Origin: Candidatus Bathyarchaeota archaeon
GTDB lineage: Archaea > Thermoproteota > Bathyarchaeia > 40CM-2-53-6
Direction of reading: 5' to 3'
DNA length: 64,000 nt
Assembly: GCA_963733055.1 (NCBI GenBank)
Contig: CAVTBR010000002.1
Location: forward strand, 128,001 to 192,000
Part shown: positions 1-10,847 of the stretch, in pieces
Layout: every line of letters starts with the position of its first letter
Position numbering within the stretch: the first letter of the stretch is position 1
The notes under the pieces: generated by a model
Told to the model about the DNA's origin: nothing
Databases searched by the model: none
The model's input: the letters and a program-made list of their open reading frames with translations, nothing else
Translations under genes and position numbers: made by a program

Positions 1-1417
1 AAGCGAGAACTGATCCATCAACCGCTTCCCGAGTTTCTCGGAGGTCTCCGGTAGTTGCGCCTTGAGCGTGGATACGTACTCGTCAGGTATGGGAGTCTCC
101 GGGACGTCGGTTTCAGGGTACATTCGGGCCGCACCTGGGCGAGGTCGCATGTACCTGGTAGTCCCGTCGGGCATAGCAGTACGAGTTTCTTCGGGAACCC
201 CAACTAGTGCTTCGGTTGCTCGATCAACGACCGCGTCCAGCGCATCCTTTGCCTTCGCACTATCGTCTGCAACGAGAACGAACGCATCTTCGTCTGCCAG
301 ACCGAGTCGATCCCTCATCGGGCCAACATCGGCTTCTGAAATTCCGTAGGCAGGTAACTCATCCGAATGAAATATTCCTCCCACCCCTGCCCAGAAGGAT
401 GCCCGATTGGAGAGCTCGGTGCCCAATCGTAGCCCTGGTTCAAGCTCTCTTCCCAGTAGGCCTTTGAACTTGGGCAGTCTGACCCCCAAGACCACTCCCC
501 CCTTGCTCAGTGCTGTCTTGATGACTCTCGCTTCTGATTTCAAGAAAAGTTCGGATAGGTTGAGGTACTTTCTCTCTATCTGGTTAGGCTTCAGGTTTCT
601 GGAGGATAATTCTTTGCGAATGGCTAGCAGGGTTTGCTGGCGGTTCACCTCTAGCTCGACGGCTTTGCCTAGAATCTCCAATTCCTGAACGCCTTTGATT
701 TCAATGAGGGCTCCGTCTGGAATGGATACATTCAGATCCTGCCTAATACTTCCAAGCCCTCGCTTCACCTTGCGTGTTGCTCTCAGAACGGTACCGATTG
801 CGTATGCGACTTTCTCGACCTCGTCGGGCGATTCCAACACGGGGCCGGTGGTGACTTCGATTAGTGGAACGCCTAGCCGATCGATTAGGTATCCAGCCGC
901 AGTCTGGGACTGCGAGGCTTTCCGTGCCGCGTCCTCCTCTAACGAGATCTGTGTAATCGGAATCGTCTTCTCGTCAACTTTCAACTCACCATTTAATGCC
1001 ACGACCGCGGTTCGTTGGAAACCCGTCGTGTTCGACCCGTCTATGACCACCTTACGCATTACATGAATCTCGTCCACGGGTTTCGCGCCCATCAACAAGG
1101 CCGCTGTAAGACAGACATCGACGGCCTCCCGGTTTAGTCTGGCCGGCGGTTCCTCGTCCATCTCGACCAGGCATGAGGTTTGGTGATCAGACTCGTATAG
1201 GATGCTTCTACCGCGATGAAATTCGAACATCGCAGCTTGATCAATCTGCCCAAGCTCGCTCTGAGTTGGCCTGAGCCGGCGCAGAAACTTAACTTCCGGT
1301 TCGGATTCCTGCGAACTCGGTTGGGCAGCTGCAGAAGAGCTTACGTTCCGTGTCTAGCTGACGGTGAATCTCTATTCCCACTTTGAGCTTGGGTTTCGCG
1401 ATCTCCCCGCCACTCAT
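1..1417 (-). CDS. gatE: Glu-tRNA(Gln) amidotransferase subunit E (runs off left edge; apparent +1 frameshift near 1313)
   Basis: Manual minus-strand translation: [31 protein letters not shown], then in a shifted frame [19 protein letters not shown] and later [19 protein letters not shown] overlaps the gatD stop (ATGA). Confidence 0.93.
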
Positions 1418-2771
1418 TCGATTTCCGCCTCTAGTTCGCGTCTATCCGAGAGTTCGTTTGCTAGATTTGTCGTCATAATCTTCTTGACTTTCTCAGGATC
1501 CTTCTCCTGGCCGAAGGCCCACATCATTTTCACTAGGGCCGTTTCCGAGAGCATATCCCCTAATGGGAGAACTCCCATCCTCAGTAGGTCCCGGCCAGTT
1601 GAGTAGACGTTCATGTGAACCCGGCCCCAGATGCATTGCGAACACATTCCAACCACAACCCCGTCATTCACCGCCCGTTCGATGGACGAGAACAACGCGT
1701 CGCCCACGTGTCCCAATCCCGATCCTTCCAGGACAATTCCCTTGAACCCAGTCGCCGTCGCCCAGTCGACAATTCCCACGGAAATTCCGGGGTGGAATTT
1801 GATGAGAGCAACGTTAGGGTCGAATTGTGATTTGACGGTGAGGGCTGTGCCCTTCCTTCTCTCCCGATAACTCGTGGCATTGAGACTTAGCGTGCGATGA
1901 ATGAGGTCGTAATATGCGATTGGCTTTTGGTTTACGCTCCTGAAACGCGTCCCTTCTGCTCGTATGGCATTTTCGGACCTTTGTGCCTCTATGTACCGCA
2001 ACCCTCTCGTCCGATATCCAATCATGCATTGCAACCACGACCTCAGCGAACGGCGCCTGCCCCGCAACTGCAGTTGCGGCCAACAGGTTCGAGGCGGCAT
2101 CCGAACTCGGGCGATCCGATGAGCGTTGTGAACCAACTAATACGACTGGGATTGGCAAGTCGGGTAGCGCGAAGCTGAGGGCCGCCGCCGTATAACCAAG
2201 AGTGTCCGTTCCATGCGCGATTACAACTCCATCAGCTCCCTTTCGGGCCTGCTCTGCAACGAATTCTGCTATCTTCGGCCAATTTTGTGGGCCTATGTTT
2301 TCGCTAAACAGGGAGTAGAGCACCTTTGCTTCAATCTCGGCTATGCCCGCTAACTCTGGGACGACGCTGTAGAGATCCTCTGCGTCAAGGGCGGGTTTCA
2401 CGGCTCCGGTCCTATAGTCAACTTTGCTCGCAATTGTGCCGCCTGTGCTCACGATCGAAACCTTGGGAAGACCAAGCTTCTGGGAGGGCGGAGGCGGACG
2501 CGGTAAACTGGGGCTGTTGTCCTTTGCCAAGCTGAGTGATCTTAGTTGATGAATCGACCCTGACTCCTACGTTATACCCGGTTTTGAGTTTAACCACGAC
2601 ATAGTTCTCTTCGGATTCGGTACGGTACCGAGGCATAAGCAGGCCCTCAACCACTTCTTCCCCCGCTGCGCGTTTGAGTTCCAACCGTATTCGGTCACCA
2701 ATTCGGACTCCAGCCTTCGCGAGTAATTCATGTGCCAGTCCGATGTAGCCACTCAATTCTTCTTGCGGCAA
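1414..2771 (-). CDS. gatD: Glu-tRNA(Gln) amidotransferase subunit D (split over three ORFs by frameshifts near 2500 and 1945)
   Basis: [59 protein letters not shown] and [13 protein letters not shown] motifs across ORFs 2418-2771, 1814-2530 and 1414-2136. Confidence 0.95.
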
Positions 2772-2837
2772 TGTTCTCCCCAGTTGGTCTGAGGAAAGAA
2801 AACCTGTGCGCCTTAAGATGGTTGCGACGTGAGCTAG

Positions 2838-4436
2838 TCAGTTCATCTCTTTGCCCATGTAAGGGCCGACGTGCGAGTACCCCAATCGTTCATAGTACTG
2901 TTTCGTTCCGAGACCACTCAAAACAAGGACCTTGCTCGCACCAGCCTCACCAGCCTTTCTCTCTGCCTCAGCCAAGAGCCGTCGCCCGTAACCAGCGTGT
3001 TGCCACGCTCCAGACCTGTGTTGTCCTACGGGAACCTCGGGGCCGTAGACGTGAAGCTCACGTACCAGTGCTGATGAACCGTCAACTTCCTGCCTAGTAG
3101 CATTCTTCGACGGAATTCTGAGGCGCACATATCCGATGAGAACGTCGGTTTCTGAATCTTCCATCGAGATGAAGAATTCTTTCCCGTTTGATGCGTCGTA
3201 TTCCATAACCTTCATCTCAATTTGGCCAGGGTTTAGGAGTAATCCTTCCTTCAGCGCTCTATGGCCGACTTCTCGGCATCGTATACACCTGCATCTCTTC
3301 CCTCTCTCCCGAATGCGAGCAAGTGCAAGCTCACGCAAATTGCCGCTCTTCACACCTGCTTGAATGAGGTGTACTGGGAACTCCCGATGAACGCGCATAA
3401 TCCTAACCCACGGGGGCACGAACTCCTTCACCTGAGCTATGAGCTCAACCGCCTGTGCCGTATCAAAAGCCTGGTACTCACCTCGTTTCCACCACTCGTA
3501 CAACTCAGTTCCTTCCATGACGAGACAAGGGTAAATCTTCATCATGTCCGGGCGAAAACGCGAGTCCGAGAACAGAGTCCTGAACGACGCCAGATCTTTC
3601 TCAAAATCAGACCCAGGCAAACCGGGCATCATATGGGCGACGATTTTGAATCCGGCGTCTCTAGATATTTGGAAGGCTTCAACAACATCTTGAACCGAGT
3701 GGCCACGATTCGTGAGAGTATAGACGGCGTCGTCGATTATCTGTACGCCGATCTCTACGCGGGTACAACCGAAACGCAGCATTTGGTCTACGTGTGGGTG
3801 CTTGCACCAGTCTGGTTTCGTTTCAATCGTTAGGCCAACGTTTCTGATTTCTCCCGTCTCAGCGTGAAGTTTAGCCTCGTTGAGGGTCGGGGAGTTGATG
3901 CCGGTTATGGCGTCGAGGCAACGCTTCACGAATTCCTCCTGATAGTCGTTCGGTGCGGCTAGGAAGGTGCCGCCCTGGATTACGAGTTCCACTTTCGACG
4001 GTTCATGCCCGATTGCTTTCAGCTGCTCGACACGGCCCGTTATTTGTACGAATGGATCGTAGTCTGATTGCAAGCCACGCATCGCGGCCGGTTCTCCGGA
4101 TGTGTAGCTCATTGGGAACCCTTTCTCCATCGGGCAAAACACGCACCTACCATGTGGACAACCGCGAGGTGAACTCATGACGCCGATCACGTTGACTCCT
4201 GAAACACTTCGCACCTTCTTTATGCGAAGATGTTCCGAAAACTTCTGCCGAATGTCAGGAGGGAGCGCGTTTAGGATGTCTGAATTCCGCGGCATCCAAC
4301 TCAGTCGATGTTCACGACAAAACTCTAGCTTGGCTTTGTTTAGGTCGTCTTGATAGATAATATGACGTTCCGTTATCTTGGAGACGAGTTCAGAAAGCGG
4401 GAAGTCTTGAAGTTGCGAACTCAATTGCGCGCACAT
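2838..4436 (-). CDS. elp3: Elp3 tRNA uridine(34) acetyltransferase (radical SAM + KAT)
   Basis: CPHGRCVFC, QGGTF, ETKPD, VRELHVYG and WQHAGYG motifs. Confidence 0.95.
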   Translation of the reverse strand: MCAQLSSQLQDFPLSELVSKITERHIIYQDDLNKAKLEFCREHRLSWMPRNSDILNALPPDIRQKFSEHLRIKKVRSVSGVNVIGVMSSPRGCPHGRCVFCPMEKGFPMSYTSGEPAAMRGLQSDYDPFVQITGRVEQLKAIGHEPSKVELVIQGGTFLAAPNDYQEEFVKRCLDAITGINSPTLNEAKLHAETGEIRNVGLTIETKPDWCKHPHVDQMLRFGCTRVEIGVQIIDDAVYTLTNRGHSVQDVVEAFQISRDAGFKIVAHMMPGLPGSDFEKDLASFRTLFSDSRFRPDMMKIYPCLVMEGTELYEWWKRGEYQAFDTAQAVELIAQVKEFVPPWVRIMRVHREFPVHLIQAGVKSGNLRELALARIRERGKRCRCIRCREVGHRALKEGLLLNPGQIEMKVMEYDASNGKEFFISMEDSETDVLIGYVRLRIPSKNATRQEVDGSSALVRELHVYGPEVPVGQHRSGAWQHAGYGRRLLAEAERKAGEAGASKVLVLSGLGTKQYYERLGYSHVGPYMGKEMN

Positions 4437-4499
4437 TTCAACGACCCCGTCAACAGAAGCCCAAACACGGCCAGTTCGGCGTCGCGGTCTGGGACGCGT

Positions 4500-4745
4500 T
4501 TAGGCGGGTTGCTTGGTCGCGTCGACGCAGATGTAGAGTATGTTGCTTCCTCGCAGGATTACGTTCCCGTAGTTTGCCGTCGGCGAGTTACCACGATACT
4601 CGGTGGCCCCTTCAAGTATAATGTTCATGTGGCTATCGGCATCAATCATCTTGCCGCGGTATTCTACGTCGTTCTTCAGCCGAATGTTGACATCGCCGTT
4701 TAGCTTCTTCACGAGTAAGTTGAGAGGTTTTCTCGAAGGTTCCAA
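4500..4745 (-). CDS. Lsm/Sm-like small nuclear ribonucleoprotein
   Basis: Sm1 (YRGKMIDADSHMNIIL) and Sm2 (VILRGSNILYI) motifs. Confidence 0.9.
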   Translation of the reverse strand: MEPSRKPLNLLVKKLNGDVNIRLKNDVEYRGKMIDADSHMNIILEGATEYRGNSPTANYGNVILRGSNILYICVDATKQPA

Positions 4746-4856
4746 GGGCTTCCCACTGATTCTTCTGGCAAGTCACGATCCTACGGTAAATAAGCTTGCC
4801 CCCTCCACATCGGCTTACTCTACACCTAGCGATTTGCACTGTAAAAATCCGGACAG

Positions 4857-5628
4857 TTACGAGAGGAACTGGCTTAGTTTTGTATCCTTCCGACTCTTCA
4901 AGACCGTGAAACACTTTTCCGGGGCGAGCCGGACAAACTCTAATTTCAATGTGTTCAAGGAGGGTTGCGCGTTCTTCCGGAGCTCCGGAGCAACTACGAG
5001 GCCTCTGATTGGTCGGCTGATTCGTTTTCGGAGCGTGTCGAGGTATCTCTGCAGCTGCATTACCGCATCCTTAGAGGCCGGAACCCGCTTAATCTCTACC
5101 ACCACAAGGTTACCTTGTTTGTCCTCGGCGAAGATGTCAGTAAACCCTGCCTCGCCCAAGCTCTTCTCTTGCTGAAGAGGTTTCAGACCCACCTCCACAA
5201 GGTCGGGCGCAACAAGTATGGCCTGTTTCATTTGCTCCTCCGTAACGTGAAGTGCAAATTCACCTGAGTCTGCGAGTTTCCCGGTGGCGACCAAAGTGAT
5301 TGCTTTGAATTCGATGGAAACTGTTTCTTTAGGCTGAGGTCGGGACAGCGTTGACTACTAAGGCGCCGTCGTCAAGCTTTACGCTCATCATGCATTTTGG
5401 TGGTTGCCAGTTTACTGGTTCGTATCCAGTCGGCCGATGAACCAGCACGGATCCATCTTCTTTGATCATGACAATTCTTTCGCCCCATTCCAATGTTGAT
5501 GACGCGCGACCTTCGTAGTCGACTCTGCAATTGCCAACGATGATGACCAGACTTCTTGCACGAAACGCTTTCTCGAGAATTTCCGCCGCCTCCGGAAGCG
5601 GTGGATTACTCTTAACCGTGATGGTCAT
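4857..5628 (-). CDS. nucS: Endonuclease NucS/EndoMS (apparent +1 frameshift near 5342)
   Basis: N-half CRVDYEGRA..IKEDGSVLVH..PVNWQP; C-half EEQMK..GFTDIFAED..VVVEIKR..QLQRY. Removing one C from the CCC run at about 5342 joins the frames. Confidence 0.9.
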
Positions 5629-5697
5629 TGGCGTCCGTTCCCGAGGGTTCTGTGCGATTGTTTCAAGGGTTTCGTCGGTACTTTCATCCTCCTCTCT

Positions 5698-5712
5698 CCG
5701 TTATATCAAGCA
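5698..5712. promoter_or_regulatory. Probable bidirectional TATA region between nucS and radA
   Basis: TTATAT on + and GATATAA on -, between two divergent DNA-repair genes. Confidence 0.35.
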
Positions 5713-5760
5713 ACGCAGCTATGAAATCTAGCCAATCTTGAAATACGCAGGGTGTTAGTG

Positions 5761-6891
5761 TTGTCAACGACTCAAGTCTTGAAAGAGAAAGCTAAGGGAA
5801 AGGAGACTAAGGAGAAGGCGGAGAAAGAGACCCGGGAGGAAATTCCCGAGGAAAAACGAGAGGAACCCTTACCCTTAGAAGAAGAAAAAACTGAGGCGGC
5901 TGTCGAAGAACCGAAAAAGAAGAAGTTCGAGTTCATAGAAGACATACCGGGCGTTGGCCCCGCAACAGCTGAAAAACTTAGAGAGATGGGCTTTCACACC
6001 GTCGAATCACTCGCCACAGCCACGATCAAAGAATTGACCACAGCGGGGGTCGGCGAAAAACAGGCGGCTAAAGTAGTCTCAGAGGCGAGAGATAGTATCG
6101 CGCTTAGCTTCATCAGAGCAGACGAACTAATCAAGATGAGGCAGAACGTACGACGCCTCACAACCATCAGCAGGCAAGTTGATGAACTTCTGGGCGGAGG
6201 ATTAGAAACCCAAACGATCACAGAATTTTATGGCGAATACGGCGTTGGCAAAAGTATACTCTGCCACCAACTCGCAGTAAACGTCCAACTACCCGAAGAA
6301 AAAGGCGGCCTGAATGGCTCAGCTCTCTACATTGATACGGAAAACACGTTCCGCCCCGAATGGATAGTCCGCATGGCCAAAGCACTCGGACTCGACCCCA
6401 CCGAGACCGCGAAGAGGATTATCTATTCGGAAGCGTTTAACAGCGATCATCAAATCCTTCTTCTTGAGAAAGCGGATCAGGTTATACAAGAAAACAATGT
6501 GAAGCTAATCATAGTGGATTCCCTCACCGCACACTTCCGGAGTGAGTACCTTGGCCGAGAGATGCTTGCTGAGAGGCAGCAGAAGCTTAACAGTCATTTG
6601 CACCGTTTGGTTAGGCTTTCTCGGGCCTTCAATGCGTGTGCTGTGGTTACGAATCAGGTTATGTCTAAACCCGACGCGTTCTTCGCTATGGTTGTGGAGC
6701 CGGTCGGAGGACATATAGTATCCCACACCAGCCATACTAGGGTGTTCCTGAGGCGCACGGCAAGTGGCCCGGTTAGGATATGTAGGCTCATCTCCAGCCC
6801 GTACCTACCCGAAGGGGAACGCATATTCAAGGTAACTGAGGAAGGTATCAAAGATATCACCGAAGAAGACGAAGTCAAACGCAGACGCTGA
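5761..6891 (+). CDS. radA: DNA repair and recombination protein RadA with a charged N-terminal extension
   Basis: HhH (IPGVGPATAEKL), Walker A GEYGVGKS, YIDTENTFRPE, IIVDSLT, GGHIVSH. TTG start after GGGTG; GTG at 5752 is also possible. Confidence 0.96.
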   Translation: MSTTQVLKEKAKGKETKEKAEKETREEIPEEKREEPLPLEEEKTEAAVEEPKKKKFEFIEDIPGVGPATAEKLREMGFHTVESLATATIKELTTAGVGEKQAAKVVSEARDSIALSFIRADELIKMRQNVRRLTTISRQVDELLGGGLETQTITEFYGEYGVGKSILCHQLAVNVQLPEEKGGLNGSALYIDTENTFRPEWIVRMAKALGLDPTETAKRIIYSEAFNSDHQILLLEKADQVIQENNVKLIIVDSLTAHFRSEYLGREMLAERQQKLNSHLHRLVRLSRAFNACAVVTNQVMSKPDAFFAMVVEPVGGHIVSHTSHTRVFLRRTASGPVRICRLISSPYLPEGERIFKVTEEGIKDITEEDEVKRRR

Positions 6892-6988
6892 GAAACCCAC
6901 ACCCAAACCAGAACCTACCCCGACCTTCAATACGGACAGACTCCTCCAAGCACTCATCGAGAGAAGAATCGCTGACGCAGAGAAAGAA

Positions 6989-7285
6989 TTGGATACAATC
7001 CGAGCAACTCTTCCCTCCACGGAATCCGCGAAGGGCTACCTAAAGGCGCTTGAAGGCCTGCTCCTAACCGCAAAATCCAACGAAGACAAGTACCTTTACC
7101 TTTCGAAGATCGAGAAGACGCCCAAGAACCTCAAGAACCTTCGCAGAGAATTCACCCAACAAACAAAGAATGCGTTGCACGGAGACTTCGACCGTGGATA
7201 CTTCCAAGCCCTGGAAAGTTACCTGAGAAAACTGGAACATGCCGGACCCGCCGCAGAGCCCGCTACGCCAAAGAAGGCGGATTGA
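6989..7285 (+). CDS. Hypothetical helical protein, probably starting further upstream
   Basis: ORF with repeated (K/R)GY(L/F)xAL motifs. The frame is open back to 6836 with no ATG/GTG/TTG. Confidence 0.7.
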   Translation: MDTIRATLPSTESAKGYLKALEGLLLTAKSNEDKYLYLSKIEKTPKNLKNLRREFTQQTKNALHGDFDRGYFQALESYLRKLEHAGPAAEPATPKKAD

Positions 7286-7291
7286 TTTCCC

Positions 7292-7627
7292 TTAGTGTGC
7301 GATCGTGTAGAAGAGCACGGTCACCATGATCCATACGAAAATGAAAGTGCCGCCGCCCAAGGTTATGTCGCGATTTTTACCCCTGAGCTCAGCCGCGCCG
7401 TAGTGAAGCATATGACGTATGATTAAGACAGAGAGAAGATAGAACGCGACGCCTAGCCCGATCCCAACATAGGTCGCAGCGTCGCCGAAATTGGTTGAAT
7501 TGATATGGAGTATTTGGTTGGATAGGCCCGCGAGGATGGCTAGGACGAAACGCATCCAATAGACGACCGACGAGGGTTTGAGGAAAGGCTTTGGTTGATC
7601 CTGAGTAGTGAGTGTAGGTGTAGTCAA
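7292..7627 (-). CDS. EMC6/Rab5ip-like three-TM membrane protein
   Basis: YWMRFVLAILAG..G..FY..GGGTFIFVWIMVTVLFYT pattern; SD GGGAG before TTG. Confidence 0.7.
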   Translation of the reverse strand: MTTPTLTTQDQPKPFLKPSSVVYWMRFVLAILAGLSNQILHINSTNFGDAATYVGIGLGVAFYLLSVLIIRHMLHYGAAELRGKNRDITLGGGTFIFVWIMVTVLFYTIAH

Positions 7628-7753
7628 CTCTCTCCCGTTCCAACTTACCCTTTGCGCCCCCTATCACGCGTCTCTAGATAATACTTACCTGTCGCTCCCA
7701 GATGGCCAGCAAAGTCCTTAAGACCTCGCAAAAGATTCCATTTGTGACTCGAA

Positions 7754-8338
7754 TTGACAACCGCTGCCACTGCCCCGGACGTGAAGGTAGAGGATTTGAT
7801 GTCAAGCCCAGTCATAACCATCAACGACACGGATACAGCACTCACTGCAACTAAACTCATGAAGAAACATGGAATAGGCTGCGTCGTCGTAGTCGACAAA
7901 ACAGGCAAACCCCTAGGCCTAATGACGGAGCGAGATGTCGTAAGAAGAGTAGCAGCCCTCGACCTACTCCCAAGTAAGGTGAAGGCAAGTAAATCCATGA
8001 CCAAACCAGCATCGACAGTAGACGCCACCGCAAACGTAACCGATGCCGCAACAAAGATGCGACAGTTGAAAATCCGGAGATTGGTTGTTGTTCAAGGTGG
8101 CAAGCTAACTGGCATCATTACCAGTAACGATATTGTAGACATCACCCCTGCGTTGATCGATGTTATGGCGGAGAAATCGCAGGTCTCACCAGTTCAGAAA
8201 ACCAAAGAGCCAGCCACGCTGAGCGGATACTGCGACAAGTGTGGTTCGTGGGCCGAAGAAATGAAGTCGCAAGATGGCCAATTCCTATGCGACGACTGCG
8301 CGGCGGAAGTTGAAGGCCCGGCAGAAGAGGAAGACTGA
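7754..8338 (+). CDS. CBS-pair protein with C-terminal Zn ribbon
   Basis: Two CBS repeats (GLMTERD, GIITSND) plus GYCDKCG..LCDDC. Confidence 0.9.
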   Translation: MTTAATAPDVKVEDLMSSPVITINDTDTALTATKLMKKHGIGCVVVVDKTGKPLGLMTERDVVRRVAALDLLPSKVKASKSMTKPASTVDATANVTDAATKMRQLKIRRLVVVQGGKLTGIITSNDIVDITPALIDVMAEKSQVSPVQKTKEPATLSGYCDKCGSWAEEMKSQDGQFLCDDCAAEVEGPAEEED

Positions 8339-8396
8339 GCCAAGGCATTAATCTGCTGGATTCGGTGGTAGGACGGCAGATGGTGCGTAGAGATAC

Positions 8397-9725
8397 TTGG
8401 CATCGACCCTAATCGAATCTGCCCAAATCCCAATAGGTGATGAACTTACCCGGGGAAACATTCTGATCGAAGGCGACAAGATCAGAAAAATCACAAAACT
8501 GAAACCAACATCTCCAACAGACCTGACCATAAATGCCGAAGGCCTGCTGGCCCTACCTGGCATGATAGACGTCCACGTCCACCTCCGTGACCTAGAGCTT
8601 TCCTATAAGGAAACATTCGAAACAGGCACCCAGGCCGCGGCGGTCGGAGGATTCACCACAGTTCTGGATATGCCTAACACCAAGCCCCCGACCAGTTCCA
8701 CTTCGAACCTGAAGGAGAAAATGTCGCGCGCTGACGGGCGCATTTACTCGAACGTGGCTTTCCAAGGCTCCCTTCTCACTAACCCAGCCGAACTGAAAAC
8801 CATGGTTCAGGCGGGAGCGATCGCATTCAAACTCTACCTGAACAAGTCCCTCGAAATATTCGATTCAAGTGACCAGATCAACCTGACCAACGCCCTTCAA
8901 GCCGCGAAAGACAACAACGCTCTCGTAACTGTTCACGCGGAAGACGGAGATTTGATTCGGAAGGTCCAGCAGCAGAGCCTAGCACAAGGCAAGGACGCTG
9001 TTCGAGACTTTCTGAAAGCGCATCCGGACAGGATTGAGGTTTCCGCGGTTAGGCGAATATTGGGCTTGAGTCAACAAATTGGAGCGAGAGTCCACATCTG
9101 TCACATCACCATCCCGGAATCTGTGAAACTCGTTAAGAAGACGCCTAACGCGACATGCGAGGCTAGCGCCCACCATCTATTGCTCAACCAATCCGTATTT
9201 CGCGAGTTCGGGACACTAGCGATTTGTGTACCCCCGATTAGAACCGAGAAAGACAGGAGTGGACTTTGGAAACTGTTCAGTCGGGGGGAAGTGGACATTC
9301 TCGCAAGCGACCACGCCCCGCATAGGCTCGAAGAGAAGATTACGTCTAACGCATGGCAAGCCGCCTCTGGAGTTCCAGGATTAGAAACCTCCCTACCGCT
9401 CATGTTCACGCAACTCGCGAATCGGAAACTTACCTTGAGAAGACTCATTGAAGCGACCGCTAGCCTCCCAGCAAGAATTTTCAACCTCCCCAGAAAAGGT
9501 GTTCTCAAGGAAGGTTACGACGCGGACATTGTGCTCGTAGATCCTAAGGAGAAGTTTCGAGTTGACCCGGAAGGTTTCCTGAGCAAAGCAAGATACTCGC
9601 CCTTCAAGGGCGTTGAGTGCGTAGGAAGAGCCGTGTATACGATCGTGAATGGGACGGTCGTCGCGGAGAAAGGGAAGATTGTAGGCCCGCCCGCGGGGCG
9701 GATAACCAAGCGTGAACCTGCTTGA
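8397..9725 (+). CDS. pyrC: Dihydroorotase (amidohydrolase family)
   Basis: IDVHVHLRD, DMPNT, VHAE, HICH, ASDHAPH and GVPGLET motifs. Confidence 0.85.
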   Translation: MASTLIESAQIPIGDELTRGNILIEGDKIRKITKLKPTSPTDLTINAEGLLALPGMIDVHVHLRDLELSYKETFETGTQAAAVGGFTTVLDMPNTKPPTSSTSNLKEKMSRADGRIYSNVAFQGSLLTNPAELKTMVQAGAIAFKLYLNKSLEIFDSSDQINLTNALQAAKDNNALVTVHAEDGDLIRKVQQQSLAQGKDAVRDFLKAHPDRIEVSAVRRILGLSQQIGARVHICHITIPESVKLVKKTPNATCEASAHHLLLNQSVFREFGTLAICVPPIRTEKDRSGLWKLFSRGEVDILASDHAPHRLEEKITSNAWQAASGVPGLETSLPLMFTQLANRKLTLRRLIEATASLPARIFNLPRKGVLKEGYDADIVLVDPKEKFRVDPEGFLSKARYSPFKGVECVGRAVYTIVNGTVVAEKGKIVGPPAGRITKREPA

Positions 9726-10240
9726 AGTTTCTGCTAGATGGCATGCTAGGAAAGCTGTCGAGATGGCTTCGCATGCTCGGATACGAAACAGAGTATCAAA
9801 ATGACCAGTCGGATAGGGACCTTCTCGCCGAAGCGAAACAGAATTCTTTCATCCTGCTAACCTCTGACGAAGAACTTTATCGTATAGCGTCTATCCGCGG
9901 CCTTGAAGCGTTCCTTGTACAAGGACGCACCGAACCGGAAAGGTTGGCGAATCTCGCAAAACGTTACAAACTCAGACTTGAAATCAATCCTAAAGATTCG
10001 AGGTGCCCAACCTGCGGCTCACAGATCAAGGAAACACCTAAGCAAGAAGTAGAAAACGCGGTGCCCCCAGCAACTTTTAAAGTGTACTCGACTTTTTGGG
10101 TCTGCACGAACCCAAAGTGCGCCAAAGTCTACTGGCAAGGAAGCCACTGGAAGAAGATCGAGCAAACGCTCGTGACGGCGAAAAACATTCTTGACGCCAA
10201 CCCAAGCCCCTCAACTGGCCCAAAGCAAGCTAAACCTTGA
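9722..10240 (+). CDS. Mut7-C RNase (PIN) domain protein with Zn ribbon
   Basis: KFLLDGMLGKLSRWLRMLG, RCPTCG, C..CAKVYWQGSHW. Confidence 0.92.
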   Translation: MKFLLDGMLGKLSRWLRMLGYETEYQNDQSDRDLLAEAKQNSFILLTSDEELYRIASIRGLEAFLVQGRTEPERLANLAKRYKLRLEINPKDSRCPTCGSQIKETPKQEVENAVPPATFKVYSTFWVCTNPKCAKVYWQGSHWKKIEQTLVTAKNILDANPSPSTGPKQAKP

Positions 10241-10838
10241 GGAAGGCACGCTCCTTGTCCGAACGGCACGGACCGCGATCACAAAATACCTAGAATCGAA
10301 GCAGACCATCAAGGTACCGAACGAAGTCCCGGGGAAGTTACGAAGGAAATCGGGCGTATTCGTGACCCTTAACAAGATTAAACCCGTTCGCGAGTTGCGC
10401 GGATGTATCGGTTTCCCTTACCCAGAAGACACGCTCATCAACTCCACGATTAGGGCCGCCATATTCGCCGCGACAGAGGATCCGAGGTTCCCGCCAGTGT
10501 CACCTCCAGAATTCAAGACATCAATTACAATCGAACTTACCGCACTCACTCAACCGCAGGTCTTGAAAGCGCCGGACAGGAAAACACTCCCCAACATGAT
10601 TCAAGTTGGACGACACGGTTTGATAGTTGAAGGTCTGGGGACTTCGGGCTTGCTTTTACCTCAGGTCGCTACTGAGTGGAAGTGGGATGCTTCTGAGTTT
10701 CTCATGAATTGTTGTCTAAAGGCGGGCCTAACACCGGACTCATGGCTCCTCCCAGGAGTTGAGGTAAAAGTTTTCGAAGGAGAAATTTTCGAAGAACTCG
10801 AACCCGCCGGGCAAGGTCAGGAGAAAGGCATCCGGTGA
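10191..10838 (+). CDS. AMMECR1 / TIGR00296 family protein (C-terminus probably shifted by an extra G near 10811)
   Basis: GVFVTL, LRGCIG, DPRF, GLLLPQV and KAGL motifs. Confidence 0.92.
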   Translation: MTPTQAPQLAQSKLNLEEGTLLVRTARTAITKYLESKQTIKVPNEVPGKLRRKSGVFVTLNKIKPVRELRGCIGFPYPEDTLINSTIRAAIFAATEDPRFPPVSPPEFKTSITIELTALTQPQVLKAPDRKTLPNMIQVGRHGLIVEGLGTSGLLLPQVATEWKWDASEFLMNCCLKAGLTPDSWLLPGVEVKVFEGEIFEELEPAGQGQEKGIR

Positions 10839-10847
10839 AGACTGAGA

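Noticed and set aside
1300-5345. Frameshifts in gatE (~1313), gatD (~1945, ~2500) and nucS (~5342) as programmed frameshifting or pseudogenisation
   Set aside because: Each is repaired by removing one base, mostly in short homopolymers, and gatDE is needed for Gln-tRNA formation. No shared slippery motif; this fits long-read indel error. Read pileups would settle it.
5625-5688. 20-codon upstream ORF with strong SD ending on the nucS ATG
   Set aside because: Its ATG lies only about 12 nt from the likely TATA, so it is probably upstream of the transcription start; no other support.
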